64,000 nucleotides of DNA from Malacoraja senta. Taxonomy: Eukaryota. Numbering within the stretch: position 1 is the first letter of the stretch; each line of letters starts with the position of its first letter. Under the pieces are notes generated by a model, which saw only the letters and a list, made by a program, of their open reading frames with translations, did not search any database and was not told where the DNA came from. The translations under genes were made by a program, and so were the position numbers. Shown piece by piece: positions 28,701 through 43,100 of this stretch. The stretch lies in NCBI GenBank assembly GCA_038087875.1, contig JAXLNO010000201.1, positions 1-64,000 on the forward strand, read 5' to 3'.

Positions 28701-31700
28701 CCTTGCCGGATTAATGGCGACGTTGCCGGGGATGTGGCGACCATCCCGGATTTGTGGAGACCTTGCCGGATTATTGGCGACCTTGCCGGAGATGTAGCGA
28801 CCTTGCCGGATTTGACGCGACCTTGCCGGATTTATGGCGACCTTGTGGGATTTGTGGCGACCTTGTCAGATTTATGGCGACCTTGCCGGCAATGTGGGGA
28901 CCTAGCCGGACTTGTGGCGTCCCTGCCGGATTGATGGCGACCTTGCCGGAAATGTGGTGACCTTGCCGGATTTATGGCGACCTTGCCGGAATGTTGCGAC
29001 CTTGCTGGATTTGTGGCGACCTTGCCGAATTTATGGCTACCTTGATTGAAATGTGGCGACCTTGCCGGATTTGTCGCCACCTTATCGGATTTGTGGCGAC
29101 CTTGCCGGTTTATGGCGACCATGCCGGAAATATTGCGACCTTGCCGGATTAGTGGCGACCTTGCCGGAAATATGGCGACCTTGCCGGAAATGTGGCGACC
29201 TTGCCGGATTTGTGGCGACCTTGCCGCATTTATGGCGTCCTTGCCGGAAATGTGGCGACCTTGCCGGATTTATGGCGACCTTGTCGGATTTGAGACGTCC
29301 TTGCCGGATTTATGGCGACCTTGCCGGAAATGCGGCGACCTTGCCTGAAATGTGGGCGACCTTGACCGATTTGTGGCGACCTTGCCGGATTTATGGCGAC
29401 CTTGCCGGGGATGTGGCGACCTTGCCGTATTTGTGGCGACCTTGCAGGATTTATGGCGACCTTGCCGCAAATGTGGTGACCTTGCCGGATTTGTGGCGAC
29501 CTTGCCGGATTTATGGCGACCTTGTGGGATTTGTCGACCTTGCCGGATTTATGGCGACCTTGCCGGCCAATGTGGCGACCTAGCCGGACTTGTGGCGACC
29601 TTGCCGGATTCATGGCGACCTTGCCGGAAATGTTGTGACCTTGCCGGATTTATGGCGACGATGCCGGATTTAAGGCGACCTTGCCGGAAGTTGCGACCTT
29701 GCTGGATTTGTGGCGACCTTGCCGAATTTATGGCTACCTTGATTGAAATGTGGCGACCTTGCCGGATTTGTCGCCACCTTGCCGGATTTGTGGCGACCTT
29801 GCCGGATTTATGGCGACCTTGACGGAAATATGGCGACTTGCCGGATTTGTGGCGACCTTGCCGGAAATATGGCGACCTTGCCTGAAATGTGGCGACCTTG
29901 CCGGATTTGTGGCGACCTTGCCGGATTTATGGCGCCCTTGCCGGGAATGTGGCGACTTTGCCGGATTTATGGCGACCTTGTCGGATTTGTGACGACCTTG
30001 CCGGATTTATGGCGACGTTGCCGGAAATGCGGCGACCTTGCCTGAATGTGGCGAACTTGACGGATTTGTGGCGACCTTGCCGGATTTATGGCGACCTTGC
30101 CGGGGATGTGGCGACCTTGCCGTATTGTGGCGACCTTGCAGGATTTATGGCGACCTTGCCCGCAAATGTGGTGAACTTGCCGGATTTGTGGCGACCTTGC
30201 CGGATTTATGTCGACCTTGTGGGATTTGTGGCGACCTTGCCGGATTTATGGGGACCTCGCCGGCAATGTGGCGACCTAGCCGGACTTGTGGCGACCTTGC
30301 CGGATTCATGGCGACCTTGCCGGAATGTTGCGACCTTGCTGGATTTGTGGCGACCTTTCCGAATTTATGCCTACCTTGATTGAAATGTGGCGACCTTGCT
30401 GGATTTGTCGCCACCTTGCCGGATTTGTGGCGACCTTGCCGGATTTATGGCGACCTTGCCGGAAATATGGCGACATTGCCGGATTTGTGGCGACCTTGCC
30501 GGAAATATGGCGACCTTGCCGGAAATGTGGCGACCTTGCCGAATTTGTGGCGACCTTGCCGAATTTATGGCGTCCTTGCCGGAAATATGGCGACCTGCCG
30601 GATTTATGGCGACCTTGTCGGATTTGTGACGACCTTGCCGGATTCATGGCGACGTTGCCGGAAATGCGGCGACCTTGCCTGAAATGTGGCGAACTTGACG
30701 GATTTGTGGTGACCTTGCCGGATTTATGGCGACCATGCGGGAATGTTGCGACCTTGCCGCATTTATGGCGACCTTGTCGGATTTGAGACGACCTTGCCGG
30801 ATTTATGGCGACGTTGCCGGAAATACGGCGACCTTGCCTGAAATGTGGCGACCTTCACGAATTTGTGGCGACCTTGCCGGATTTATGGCGACCTTGCCGG
30901 GGATGTGGCGACCTTGCCGTATTTGTGGCGACCTTGCAGGATTTATGGCGACCTTGCCGCAAATGTGGTGACCTTGCCAGATTTGTGGCGACCTTGCCGG
31001 ATTTATGGCGACCTTGTGGGATTTGTGGCGACCTTGCCGGATTTATGGCGACCTTGCCGGCAATGTGGCGACCTACCCGGGCTTGTGGCGACCTTGCCGG
31101 ATTCATGGCGACCTTGCCGGAAATGTGGCGACCTTGCCGGATTTATGGATACGATGCCGGATTTATAGCGACCTTGCCGGAATGTTGCGACCTTGCTGGA
31201 TTTGTGGCGACCTTTCCGAATTTATGGCTACCTTGTTTGAAATGTGGCGACCTTGCCGGATTTGTCGCCACCTTGCCGGATTTGTGGCGACCTTGCCGGA
31301 TTTATGGCGACCTTGCCGGAAATATGGCGACCTTGCTGGATTTGTGGCGACCTTGCCGAATTTATGGCTACCTTGATTGAAATGTGGCGACCTTGCCGGA
31401 TTTGTGGCGACTTTGCCGAATTTATGGCGTCCTTGCCGGAAATATGGCGACCTTGCCGGATTTATGGCGACCTTGTCGGATTTGTGACGACCTTGCCGGA
31501 TTTATGGCGACGTTGCCGGAAATGCGGCGACCTTGCCTGAAATGTGGCGAACTTGACGGATTTGTGGTGACCTTGCCGGATTTATGGCGACCATGCGGGA
31601 ATGTTGCGACCTTGCTGGATTTGTGGCGACCTTGCCGAATTTATGGCTACCTTGATTGAAATGTGGCGACCTTGCCGGATTTGTCGCCACCTTGCCGGAT

Positions 31701-34700
31701 TTGTGGCGACCTTGCCGGATTTATGGCGACCTTGCCGGAAATATGGCGACCTTGCCGGATTTGTGGCGACCTTGCCGGAAATGTGGCGACCTTGCCGGAT
31801 TTGTGGCGACCTTGCCGGATTTATGGCGCCCTTGCCGGAAATGTGGCGACCTTGCCGGGTTTATGGCGACCTTGTCGGATTTGTGACGACCTTGCCGGAT
31901 TTATGGCGACGTTGCCGAAAATGCGGAGACTTTGCCTGAAATGTGGCGAACTTGACGGATTTGTGGCGACCTTGCCGGATTTATGGCGACCTTGCCGGGG
32001 ATGTGGCGACCTTGCCGTATTTGTGGCGACCTTGCCGAATTTATGGCTACCTTGATTGAAATGTGGCGACCTTGCCGGATTTGTCGCCACCTTGCCGGAT
32101 TTGTCGCCACCTTGCCGGATTTTTGGCGACCTTGCCGGATTTATGGCGAACTTGCCAGAAATATGGCGACCTTGCTGGATTTGTGGCGACTTTGCCGGAA
32201 ATATGGCGTCCTTGCCGGAAATGTGGCGACCTTGCCGGATAAGTGGCGACCTGGTCGGATTTATGGCGCCCTTGCCGGAAATGTGGCGACCTTGCCGGAT
32301 TTATGGCGACCTTGTCGGATTTGTGACGACCTTGCCGGATTTATGGCGACGTTTCCGGAAATACGGCGACCTTGCCTGAAATGTGGCGAACTTGACGGAT
32401 TTGTGGCGACCTTGCCGGATTTATGGCGACCTTGCCGGGGATGTGGCGACCTTGCCGTATTTGTGGCGACTTTGCAGGATTTATGGCGACCTTGCTGCAA
32501 ATGTGGTGACCTTTGCCGGATTTGTGGCGACCTTGCCGGATTATGGCGACCTTGTGGGATTTGTGGCGACCTTGCCGGATGTATGGGGACCTTGCCGGCA
32601 ATATGGCTACCTTGCCGGATTTGTGGTGACTTTGCGGGATTCATGGCGACCTTGCCGGAAATATGGCGACCTTGTCGGATTTGTGGCGACCTTGCAGGAT
32701 TTATGGCGACCTTGCCGCAAATGTGGTGACCTTGCCGGATTTGTGGCGACCTTGCCGGATTTATGGCGACCTTGTGGGATTTGTGGCGACCTTGCCGGAT
32801 TTATGGCGACCTTGCCGGCAATGTGGCGACCTAGCCGGGCTTGTGGCGACCTTGCCGGATTCATGGCGACCTTGCCGGAAATGTGGCGACGTTGCCGGAT
32901 TTATGGAGACGATGCCGGATTTATAGCGACCTTGCCGGAATGTTGCGACCTTGCTGGATTTGTGGCGACCTTTCCGAATTTATGGCTACCTTGTTTAAAA
33001 TGTGGCGACCTTGCCGGATTTGTCGCCACCTTGCCGGATTTGTGGCGACCTTGCCGGATTTATGGCGACCTTGCCGGAAATATGGCGACCTTGCCGGATT
33101 TGTGGCGACCTTGCCGGAAATATGGCGACCTTGCCGGAAATGTGGCGACCTTGCCGGATTTGTGGCGACCTTGCCGAATTTATGGCGTCCTTGCCGGAAA
33201 TATGGCGACCTTGCCGGATTTATGGCGACCTTGTCGGATTTGTGACGACCTTGCCGGATTTATGGCGACGTTGCCGGAAATGCGGCGACCTTGCCTGAAA
33301 TGTGGCGAACTTGACGGATTTGTGGTGACCTTGCCGGATTTATGGCGACCATGCGGGAATGTGGCGACCTTGCTGGATTTGTGGCGACCTTGCCGAATTT
33401 ATGGCTACCTTGATTGAAATGTGGCGACCTTGCCGGATTTGTCGCCACCTTGCCGGATTTGTGGCGACCTTGCCGGATTTATGGCGACCTTGACGGGAAT
33501 ATGGCGACCATGCCGGATTTTTGGCGACCTTGCCTGATTTATGGCGACCTTGCCGGGTTTATGGCGACCTTGCCGGCAATGTGGCGACCTAGCCGGACTT
33601 GTGGCGACCTTGCCGGATTCATGGCGATCTTGCCGGAAATGTGGTGACCTTGCCGGATTTATGGCGACGATGCCGGATTTATGGCGACCTTGCCGGAATG
33701 TTGTTACCTTGCTGGATTTGTGGCGATCTTGCCGAATTTATGGCTACGATTGAAATGTGGCGACCTTGCCGGATTTGTCGACACCTTGCCGGATTTGTCG
33801 CCACCTTGCCGGATTTGTGGCGACCTTGCCGGATTTATGGCGACCTTGCCGGAAATATGGCGACCTTGCCGGATTTGTGGCGACCTTGCCGGAAATATAG
33901 CGACCTTGCCGGAAATGTGGCGACCTTGCCGGATTTGTGGTGACCTTGCCGGATTTATGGCGCCCTTGCCGGAAATGTGCCGACCTTGCCGGGTTTATGG
34001 CGACCTTGTCGGATTTGTGACGACCTTGCCGGATTTATGGCGACGTTGCCGAAAATGCGGCGACTTTGCCTGAAATGTGGCGAACTTGACGGATTTGTGG
34101 CGACCTTGCCGGATTTATGGCGACCTTGCCGGGGATGTGGCGACCTTGCCGTATTTGTGGCGACCTTGCCGAATTTATGGCTACCTTGATTGAAATGTGG
34201 CGACCTTGCCGGATTTGTCGCCACCTTGCCGGATTTGTCGCCACCTTGCCGGATTTTTGGCGACCTTGCCGGATTTATGGCGAACTTGCCAGAAATATGG
34301 CGACCTTGCTGGATTTGTGGCGACTTTGCCGGAAATATGGCGTCCTTGCCGGAAATGTGGCGACCTTGCCGGATTTGTGGTGACCTTGCCGGATTTATGG
34401 CGCCCTTGCCGGAAATGTGGCGACCTTGCCGGATTTATGGCGACCTTGTCGGATTTGTGACGACCTTGCCGGATTTATGGCGACGTTGCCGGAAATACGG
34501 CGACCTTGCCTGAAATGTGGCGAACTTGACGGATTTGTGGCGACCTTGCCGGATTTATGGCGACGTTGCCGGCGATGTGGCGACCTTGCCGTATTTGTGG
34601 CGACCTTGCAGGATTTATGGCGACCTTGCTGCAAATGTGGTGACCTTTGCCGGATTTGTGGCGACCTTGCCGGATTTATGGCGACCTTGTGGGATTTGTG

Positions 34701-35839
34701 GCGACCTTGCCGGATGTATGGGGACCTTGCCGGCAATATGGCTACCTTGCCGGATTTGTGGTGACTTTGCCGGATTCATGGCGCCCTTGCCGGAAATATG
34801 GCGACCTTGTCGGATTTGTGGCGACCTTGCCGGATTTATGGCGACCGTGCCGGGGATGTGGAGACCATCCAGGATTAGTGGCGATCTTGTCAGATTTCTG
34901 GCTACCTGGCCGGAATTGTGGCGACCTATCCGTATTTGTGGCGACCTTAACGGATTTATGGTGACCTGACGCAAATGTGGCGACCTTGCCGGATTTGTGG
35001 CGACCTTGCCTGGTTTTTGGCGACCTTGCGGGATTTGTGGCGACCTTGCCGGATTTATGGCGACCTTGCCGGAAATATGGCGACCTCGCCGGAATTATGG
35101 CGACCATGCCGGATTTATGGCGACCTTGCCGGAAATCTGGCGACCTTGCCTGAAATGTGGCGACCTTGACGGGTTTGTGGCGACCTTGTCGGATTAATAG
35201 CGACCTTGCCGGGTATGTGGCGACCATCCCGGATTTATGGCGACCTTGTCAGATTTCTGGCGACCTTATCGGATTTGTGAGGGCCTTGCCGGATTTATGG
35301 CGACGTTGCCGAAAATGCGGCAACCTTGCCTGAAATGTGGCGAACTTGACGGATTTGTGGCGACCTTGCCGGATTTATGGCGAGCATGCGGGAATGTTGG
35401 GACCTTGCTGGATTTGTGGCGACCTTGCCGAATTGATGGCTGCCTTGATTGAAATGTGGCGACCTTGCCGGATTTGTCGCCACCTTGCCGGATTTGTGGC
35501 GACCTTGCCGGATTTATGGCGACCTTGCCGGATTTATGGCGTCCTTGACGGAAATATGGCGACCTTGCCGGATTTTTGGCGACCTTGCCTGATTTATGGT
35601 GACCTTGCCGGGTTTATGGCGACCTTGCCGGCAATGTGGCGACCTAGCCGGACTTGTGGCGACCTGGCAGGATTCATGGCGACCTTGCCGGAATGTGGTG
35701 ACCTTGCCGGATTTATGGCGACGATGCCGGATTTATGGCGACTTTGCCGGAATGTTGCTACCTTGCTGGATTTGTGGCGACCTTGCCGAATTTATGGCTA
35801 CCTTGATTGAAATGTGGCGACCTTGCCGGATTTGTCGCC

Positions 35840-37160
35840 ACCTTGCCGGATTGTGTCGCCACCTTGTCGGATTTGTGGCGACCTTGCCGAATTTAATGGC
35901 GACCTTGCCGGAAATATGGCGACCTTGCCAGATTTGTGGCGACCTTGCCGGAAATATGGCGACCTTGCCGGAAATGTGGCCACCGTGTCGGATTTGTGGC
36001 GACCTTGCCGGATTTATGCGCCCTTGCCGGAAATGTGGCGACCTTGCCGGGTTTATGGCGACCTTGTCGGATTTGTGACGACCTTGCCGGATTTATGGCG
36101 ACCTTGCCGGGGATGTGGCGACCTTGCCGTATTTGTGGCGACCTTGCCGGATCTATGGGGACCTTGCCGGCAATATGGCTACCTTGCCGGATTTGTGGTG
36201 ACTTTGCCGGATTCATGGCGACCTTGCCGGAAATATGGCGACCTTGTCGGATTTGTCACGACCTTGGCCGATTTGTTGCGACCTTGCCGGAAATGTGGCG
36301 ACCTTGCCGGATTCGTGGCGACCTTGCCGGATTTATGGCGACCTTGCCGGGGATGTGGCGACCATCCAGGATTAGTGGCGATCTTGTCAGATTTCTGGCT
36401 ACCTGGCCGGAATTGTGGCGACCTTTCCGTATTTGTGGCGACCTTAACGGATTTATGGCTACCTGACGCAAATGTGGCGACCTTGCCGGATTTGTGGCGA
36501 CCTTGCCGGATTTGTCGCCACCTTGTCGGATTTGTGGCGACCTTGCCGAATTTATGGCGACCTTGCCGGAAATATGGCGACCTTGCCAGATTTGTGGCGA
36601 CCTTGCCGGAAATATGGCGACCTTGCCGGAAATGTGGCCACCGTGTCGGATTTGTGGCGACCTTGCCGGATTTATGCGCCCTTGCCGGAAATGTGGCGAC
36701 CTTGCCGGGTTTATGGCGACCTTGTCGGATTTGTGACGACCTTGCCGGATTTATGGCGACCTTGCCGGGGATGTGGCGACCTTGCCGTATTTGTGGCGAC
36801 CTTGCCGGATCTATGGGGACCTTGCCGGCAATATGGCTACCTTGCCGGATTTGTGGTGACTTTGCCGGATTCATGGCGACCTTGCCGGAAATATGGCGAC
36901 CTTGTCGGATTTGTCACGACCTTGGCCGATTTGTTGCGACCTTGCCGGAAAGTGGCGACCTTGCCGGATTCGTGGCGACCTTGCCGGATTTATGGCGACC
37001 TTGCCGGGGATGTGGCGACCATCCAGGATTAGTGGCGATCTTGTCAGATTTCTGGCTACCTGGCCGGAATTGTGGCGACCTTTCCGTATTTGTGGCGACC
37101 TTAACGGATTTATGGCTACCTGACGCAAATGTGGCGACCTTGCCGGATTTGTGGCGACCT
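35840..37160 (+). repeat. Tandem duplication of a ~658-bp (33-monomer) block
   Basis: ggccaccgtgtcgg, tttatgcgccc, ttgtcacgacc and ggctacctgacgca each occur in both halves ~658 bp apart. Confidence 0.85.
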
Positions 37161-37199
37161 TGCCTGATTTTTGGCGACCTTGCGGGATTTGTGGCGACC

Positions 37200-40100
37200 T
37201 TGCCGGATTTATGGCGACCTTGCCGGAAATGTAGCGACCTTGCCGGATTTGACGCGACCGTGCCGAATTTATGGCTACCTTGATTGAAATGTGGCGACCT
37301 TCCCGGATTTATGGCGGCCAAGCCGTTTTTATGGCGACCGTGCCGGAAATACGGCGACCTTGCCGGGTTTATGGCGACGTTGCGGATTTATGGCGTTCTT
37401 GCCGGATTTATGGCGACCTTGCCGGAAATGTGGCGACCTTGCCGGATTTGTGGCGACCTTGCCTGATTTATGGCGATCTTGCGGGATTTGTGGAGACCCT
37501 GCCGGATATGAGGCGACCTTGCCGGAAATGTAGCGACCTTGCCGGATTTCAGGCGACCTTCCCGAATTTATGGCTACCTCGATTTAAATGTGGCGAACTT
37601 CCCGGATTTGTGGCGACCATTGCCGGATTTATGGCGACCTTGCTGGAAATATGGCGACCTTGCCCGATTTCTGGCGACCTAGCCGTATTTATGGCGTCCG
37701 TGCCGGAAATAAGGCGACCTTGCCGAATTTGAGGCAACCTTGACGAAAATATGGCGACCTTGTCTGATTTATGGCGTCCCAGCCGGTTTCATGGTGACCG
37801 TGCCGGAAATACGGCGACCTTGCCGGATTTATGGCGACGTTGCGGATTTATGCCGATCTAGCCGGATTTATGGCGACCTTGCCGGAAATATGGCGACCTC
37901 GCCGGAATTATGGCGACCTTGCCGGATTTATGGCGACCTCGCCGGATTTATGGCGCCCTTGCCGGAAATATGGCGACCTTGCCGGATTTATATCGACCTT
38001 GCCGGATTTATGGCGACCTTGTCGTGAATATTGCGACCTCGCCGGTTTATAGCGACCTTACCGGATGTGTGGCGACCTTGCCGGAAATATGGCGACCTCT
38101 CCCGATTTATGGCGAGCTTGTCGGATTTGTGACGACCTTGCCGGAAATATGACGACCTCGCCTTTTTAAAGCGACCTTGCCGGATTTGCGGCGACCTTGC
38201 CGGATTTATGGCGACCTTGCCGGATTTGAGGCCACCTTGCCGGATTTACGTCGACCTCGCCGGAAATATGGCGATCTAGCCGGATTTGAGGCCACCTTGC
38301 CGGATATATGGCGACATTGCCGGAAATATGGCGACCTTCCCTGATTTGTTGCCACGTTGCCGGAATTCTGGCGACCATGCCGGGAATATGGCGACCTTGC
38401 CAAATTTGTGGCGACCTTGCCGGAATTATGGCGATGTTGTCGGAAATATGGCGACCTTGCCGGATTTGTGGCGACCTTGCCGGAAATATGGCGACCTTGC
38501 CGGATTTGTGGCGACCGTGCTGGATTTATGGCGACCTTGACGGAAATATGGCGACCTTGCCGGGTTTGTGGCGACCTTGCGGGATTTATGGCGACCTTGC
38601 CGGATTTGTGGCGGCCTTGCCGGATTCATGGCGAACTTGCAGGAAATAGGCGTCTGCCGGATTTGTGGCGACCTTGCCTGATTTGTGGCGACCTTGCCGG
38701 ATTTATGGCGACATTGCCGGATTTATGGCGACCTTGCCGGAAATATGGCGACCTTGCCGCATTTGTGGCGACCTTGCTGGATTTATGGCGAACTTGCTGG
38801 AAATATGGCGGCCTTGCCGCATTTGTGGCGACCTTGCCTGAAATATGGCGGCCTTGCCGCATTTGTGGCGACCTTGCCGAATTAATTGCGACCTTGCCGG
38901 AAATATGTCGACCTTGCCGCATTTGTGGCTACCCTGCCGGATTTATTGCGACCTTGCCGGAAATATGTGGACCTTGCCTGATTTATGGCGACCATGCCGG
39001 AAATATGGCGACCTTGCCGCATTTGTGGCGACATTGCCGGATTTGTGGCGACCTTGCCGGATTTATCGCGACCTTGCCGGGAAAGTGGCGAATTTGCCGG
39101 ATTTGAGGCCACCTTGCCGGATTATAGCGACATCGCCGGAAATATGGCGACCTAGCCGGATTTGAGGCCACCTTGCCGGATTTATGGCGACATTGCCGAA
39201 AATATGGCGACCTTTCCTGATTTGTGGCCACCTTGCTGGATTTATGGCGACCTTGACGGAAATATGGCGACCTTGCCGGGTTTGTGGCGACCCTGCGGGA
39301 TTTATGGCGACCTTGCCGGATTTGTTGCGGCCTTGCCGGATTCATGGCGAACTTGCCGCAAATGTGGCGACCTTGCCGGAATTGTGGCGACCTTGCCTGA
39401 TTTGTGGCGACCTTGCGGGATTTGTGGAGACCTTGCCGGATTTATGGCGACCTTGACTGAAATGTAGCGACCTTGCCGGATTTGACGCGACCTAGCCGTA
39501 TTTATGGCGTCCGTGCCGGAAATAAGCCGACCTTGCCGGATTTGAGGCAACCTTGCCGGAAATATGGCGACCTTGCCGGATTTATGGCGTCCAAGCCGTT
39601 TTTATGGCGACCGTGCCGTAAATACGTCGACCTTGCCGGATTTATGGCGACGTTGCGGATTTATGGCGATCTTGCCGGATTTATGGCGACCTTGCCGGAA
39701 ATATGGCGACCTCGCCGGAATTATGGCGACCTTGCCGGATTTATGGCGACCTCGCCGGATTTATGGCGCCCTTGCCGGAAATGTGGCGACCTTGCCCGAT
39801 TTCTGGCGACCTAGCCGTATTTATGGCGTCCGTGCCGGAAATAAGGCGACCTTGCCGGATTTCAGGCAACCTTGCCATAAATATGGCGACCTTGCCGGAT
39901 TTATGGCGTCCAAGCCGTTTTTATGGCGACCGTGCCGGAAATACGGCGACCTTGCCGGATTTATGGCGACGTTGCGGATTTATGGCGATCTTGCCGGATT
40001 TATGGCGACCTTGCCGGAAATATGGCGACCTCGCCGGAATTATGGCGACCATGCCGGATTTATGGCCACCTTGCCGGAAATATGGCGACCTTGCCTGAAA

Positions 40101-43100
40101 TGTGCCGACCTTGACGGGTTTGTGGCGACCTTGCCGGAGTAATGGCGACCTTGCCGGGGATGTGGCGACCATCCCGGATTTGTGGCGACCTTGTAAGATT
40201 TGTGGCGACCTTGCCGGAATTGTGGCGACCTTTCCGTATTTGTGGCGACCTTACCGGATTTATGGCGACTTTGCCGCAAATGTGGCGACCTTGCCGGATT
40301 TGAGGCGACCTTGCCTGATTTATGGCGATCTTGCGGGATTTGTGGAGACCTTGCCGGATTTATGGCGACCTTGCCAGAAATGTAAAGACCTTGCCGGATT
40401 TGACGCCATCTTGCCGAATTTATGGCTACCTTGATTTAAATGTGGCGAACTTCCCGGATTTGTGGCGACCACTGCCGGATTTATGGCGACCTTGCTGGAA
40501 ATATGGCGACCTTGCCCGATTTCTGGCGACCTAGCCGTATTTATGGCGTCCGTGCCGGAAATAAGGCGACCTTGCCGAATTTGAGGCAACCTTGCCGAAA
40601 ATATGGCGACCTTGTCTGATTTATGGCGTCCCAGCCGGTTTCATGGTGACCGTGCCAGAAATACGGCGACCTTGCCGGAAATATGGCGACCTCGCCGGAA
40701 TTATGGCGACCTTGCCGGATTTATGGCGACCTCGCCGGATTTATGCCGCCCTTGCCGGAAATATGGCGACCTTGCCGGATTTATGGCGACCTTGCCGGAT
40801 TTATGGCGACCTTGCCGGAAATATGACGACCTCGCCTTATTTAAAGCGACCTTGCCTGATTTGCGGCGACCTTGCCGGATTTATGGCGACCTTACCGGAT
40901 TTGAGGCCACCTTGCCGGATTTACGTCGACCTCGCCGGAAATATGGCGATCTAGCCGGATTTGAGGCCACCTTGCCGGATATATGGCGACATTGCCGGAA
41001 ATATGACGACCTTCCCTGATTTGTTGCCACGTTGCCGGAATTCTGGCGACCATGACGGGAATATGGCGACCTTGCCGGATTTGTGGCGACCTTGCCGGAA
41101 TTATGGCGATGTTGTCGGAAATATGGCGACCTTGCCGGATTTGTGGCGGCCTTGCCGGAAATATTGCGACCTTGCCGGATTTGTGGCGACCTTGCTGGAT
41201 TTATGGCGACCTTGACGGAAATATGGCGACCTTGCCGGGTTTGTGGCGACCTTGCGGGATTTATGGCGACCTTGCCGGATTTGTGGCGGCCTTGCCGGAT
41301 TCATGGCGAACTTGCCGGAAATAGGCGTCTGCCGGATTTGTGGCGACCTTGCCTGATTTGTGGCGACCTTGCCGGATTTATGGCGACCTTGCTGGATTTA
41401 TAGCGACCTTGCCGGAAATATGGCGACCTTGCCGCATTTGTGGAGACCTTGCCGGATTTATGGCGACCTTGCCCAAAATATGGCGGCCTTGTCGCATTTG
41501 TGACGACCTTGCTGGATTTATGGAGACCTTGCCGGAAATATGCCGACCTTGCCGCATTTGTGCCGACCTTGCCGGATTTATTGCGACCTTGCCGGAAATA
41601 TGTCGACCTTGCCGCATTTGTGGCTACCTTGCCGGATTTATTGCGACTTTGCCGGAAATATGTGGACCTTGCCGTATTTGTGGCGACCTTGCCTGATTTA
41701 CGGCGACCTTGCCGGAAATATGGCGACCTTGCCGCATTTGTGGCGACATTGCCGGATTTGTGGGGACCTTGCCGGATTTATGGCGACCTTGCCGGGAAAG
41801 TGGCGATCTTGCCGGATTTGAGGCCACCTTGCCGGATTATAGCGACATCGCCGGAAATATGGGGACCTAGCCGGATTTGAGGCCACCTTGCCGGATTTAT
41901 GGCGACATTGCCGGAAATATGGCGACCTTTCCTGATTTGTGGCCACCTTGCTGGATTTATGGCGACTTTGACGGAAATATAGCGAACTTGCCGGGTTTGT
42001 GGCGACCTTGCCGGATTTATGGCGTCCTTGCCGGATTTGTGGCGGCCTTGCCGGATTCATGGCGAACTTGCCGGAAATAGGCGACTGCCGGATTTGTGGC
42101 GAACTTGCCTGATTTGTGGCGACCTTGCCGAATTATGGCGACCTTGCCGGAAATATGGCGACCTCTCCGGATTTATGGCGACCTTGTAGGATTTGTGGCG
42201 ACCTTGCCGGAAATATGGCGACCGCGCCTTATTTAAAGCGACCTTGCCGGATTTGCGGCGACCTTGCCGGATTTATGGCGACCTTGCCGGATTTGAGGCC
42301 ACCTTGCCGGATTTACGTCGACCTCGCCGGAAATATGGCGATCTAGCCGGATATGAGGCCACCTTGCCGGATATATGGCGACATTGCCGGGAATATGGCA
42401 ACCTTCCCTGATTTGTTGCCACGTTGCCGGAATTCTGGCGACCATGACGGGAATATGGCGACTTTGCCGGATTTGTGGCGACCTTGCCGGAATTATGGCG
42501 GTTGTCGGAAATATGGCGACCTTGCCGGATTTGTGGCGAACCCTGCCGGAAATATGGCGACCTTGCCGGATTTGTGGCGATCTTGCTGGATTTATGGCGA
42601 CCTTGACGGAAATATGGCGACCTTGCCGGGTTTGTGGCGACCTTGCGGGATTTATGGCGACCTTGCCGGATTTGTGGCGGCCTTGCCGGATTCATGGCGA
42701 ACTTGCCGGAAATAGGCGTTTGCCGGATTTTTGGCGACCGTGCCTGATTTGTGGCGACCTTGCCGGATTTATGGCGACCTTGCCGGATTTATGGCGACCT
42801 TGCCGGAAATATGTGTACCTTGCCGCATTTGTGGCGACCTTGCCTGATTTATGGCGACCTTGCCGGAAATATGGCGACCTTGCCGCATTTGTGGCGGCAT
42901 TGCCGGATTTGTGGCGACCTTGCCGGATTTATGGCGACCTTGCCGGAAATATGTGGACCTTGCCTGATTTATGGCGACCATGCCGGAAATATGGCGACCT
43001 TGCCGCATTTGTGGCGACATTGCCGGATTTGTGGCGACCTTGCCGGATTTATCGCGACCTTGCCGGGAAAGTGGCGAATTTGCCGGATTTGAGGCCACCT

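Larger units (their letters stand above)
13876..37200 (+). repeat. Satellite domain B: heterogeneous mosaic of locally duplicated 0.6-2.8 kb blocks
   Basis: New diagnostic variants appear: ggcaatgtggcgacctagcc, cttgtggga, gcggccgtgtcgg, ggaaataggcgactctgcc, ccatccagga/gatcttgtcaga. Paired blocks sit at offsets 1157/1277, 2798, 639, 1774/1574/1355, 1758, 2134 and 658. Confidence 0.7.
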
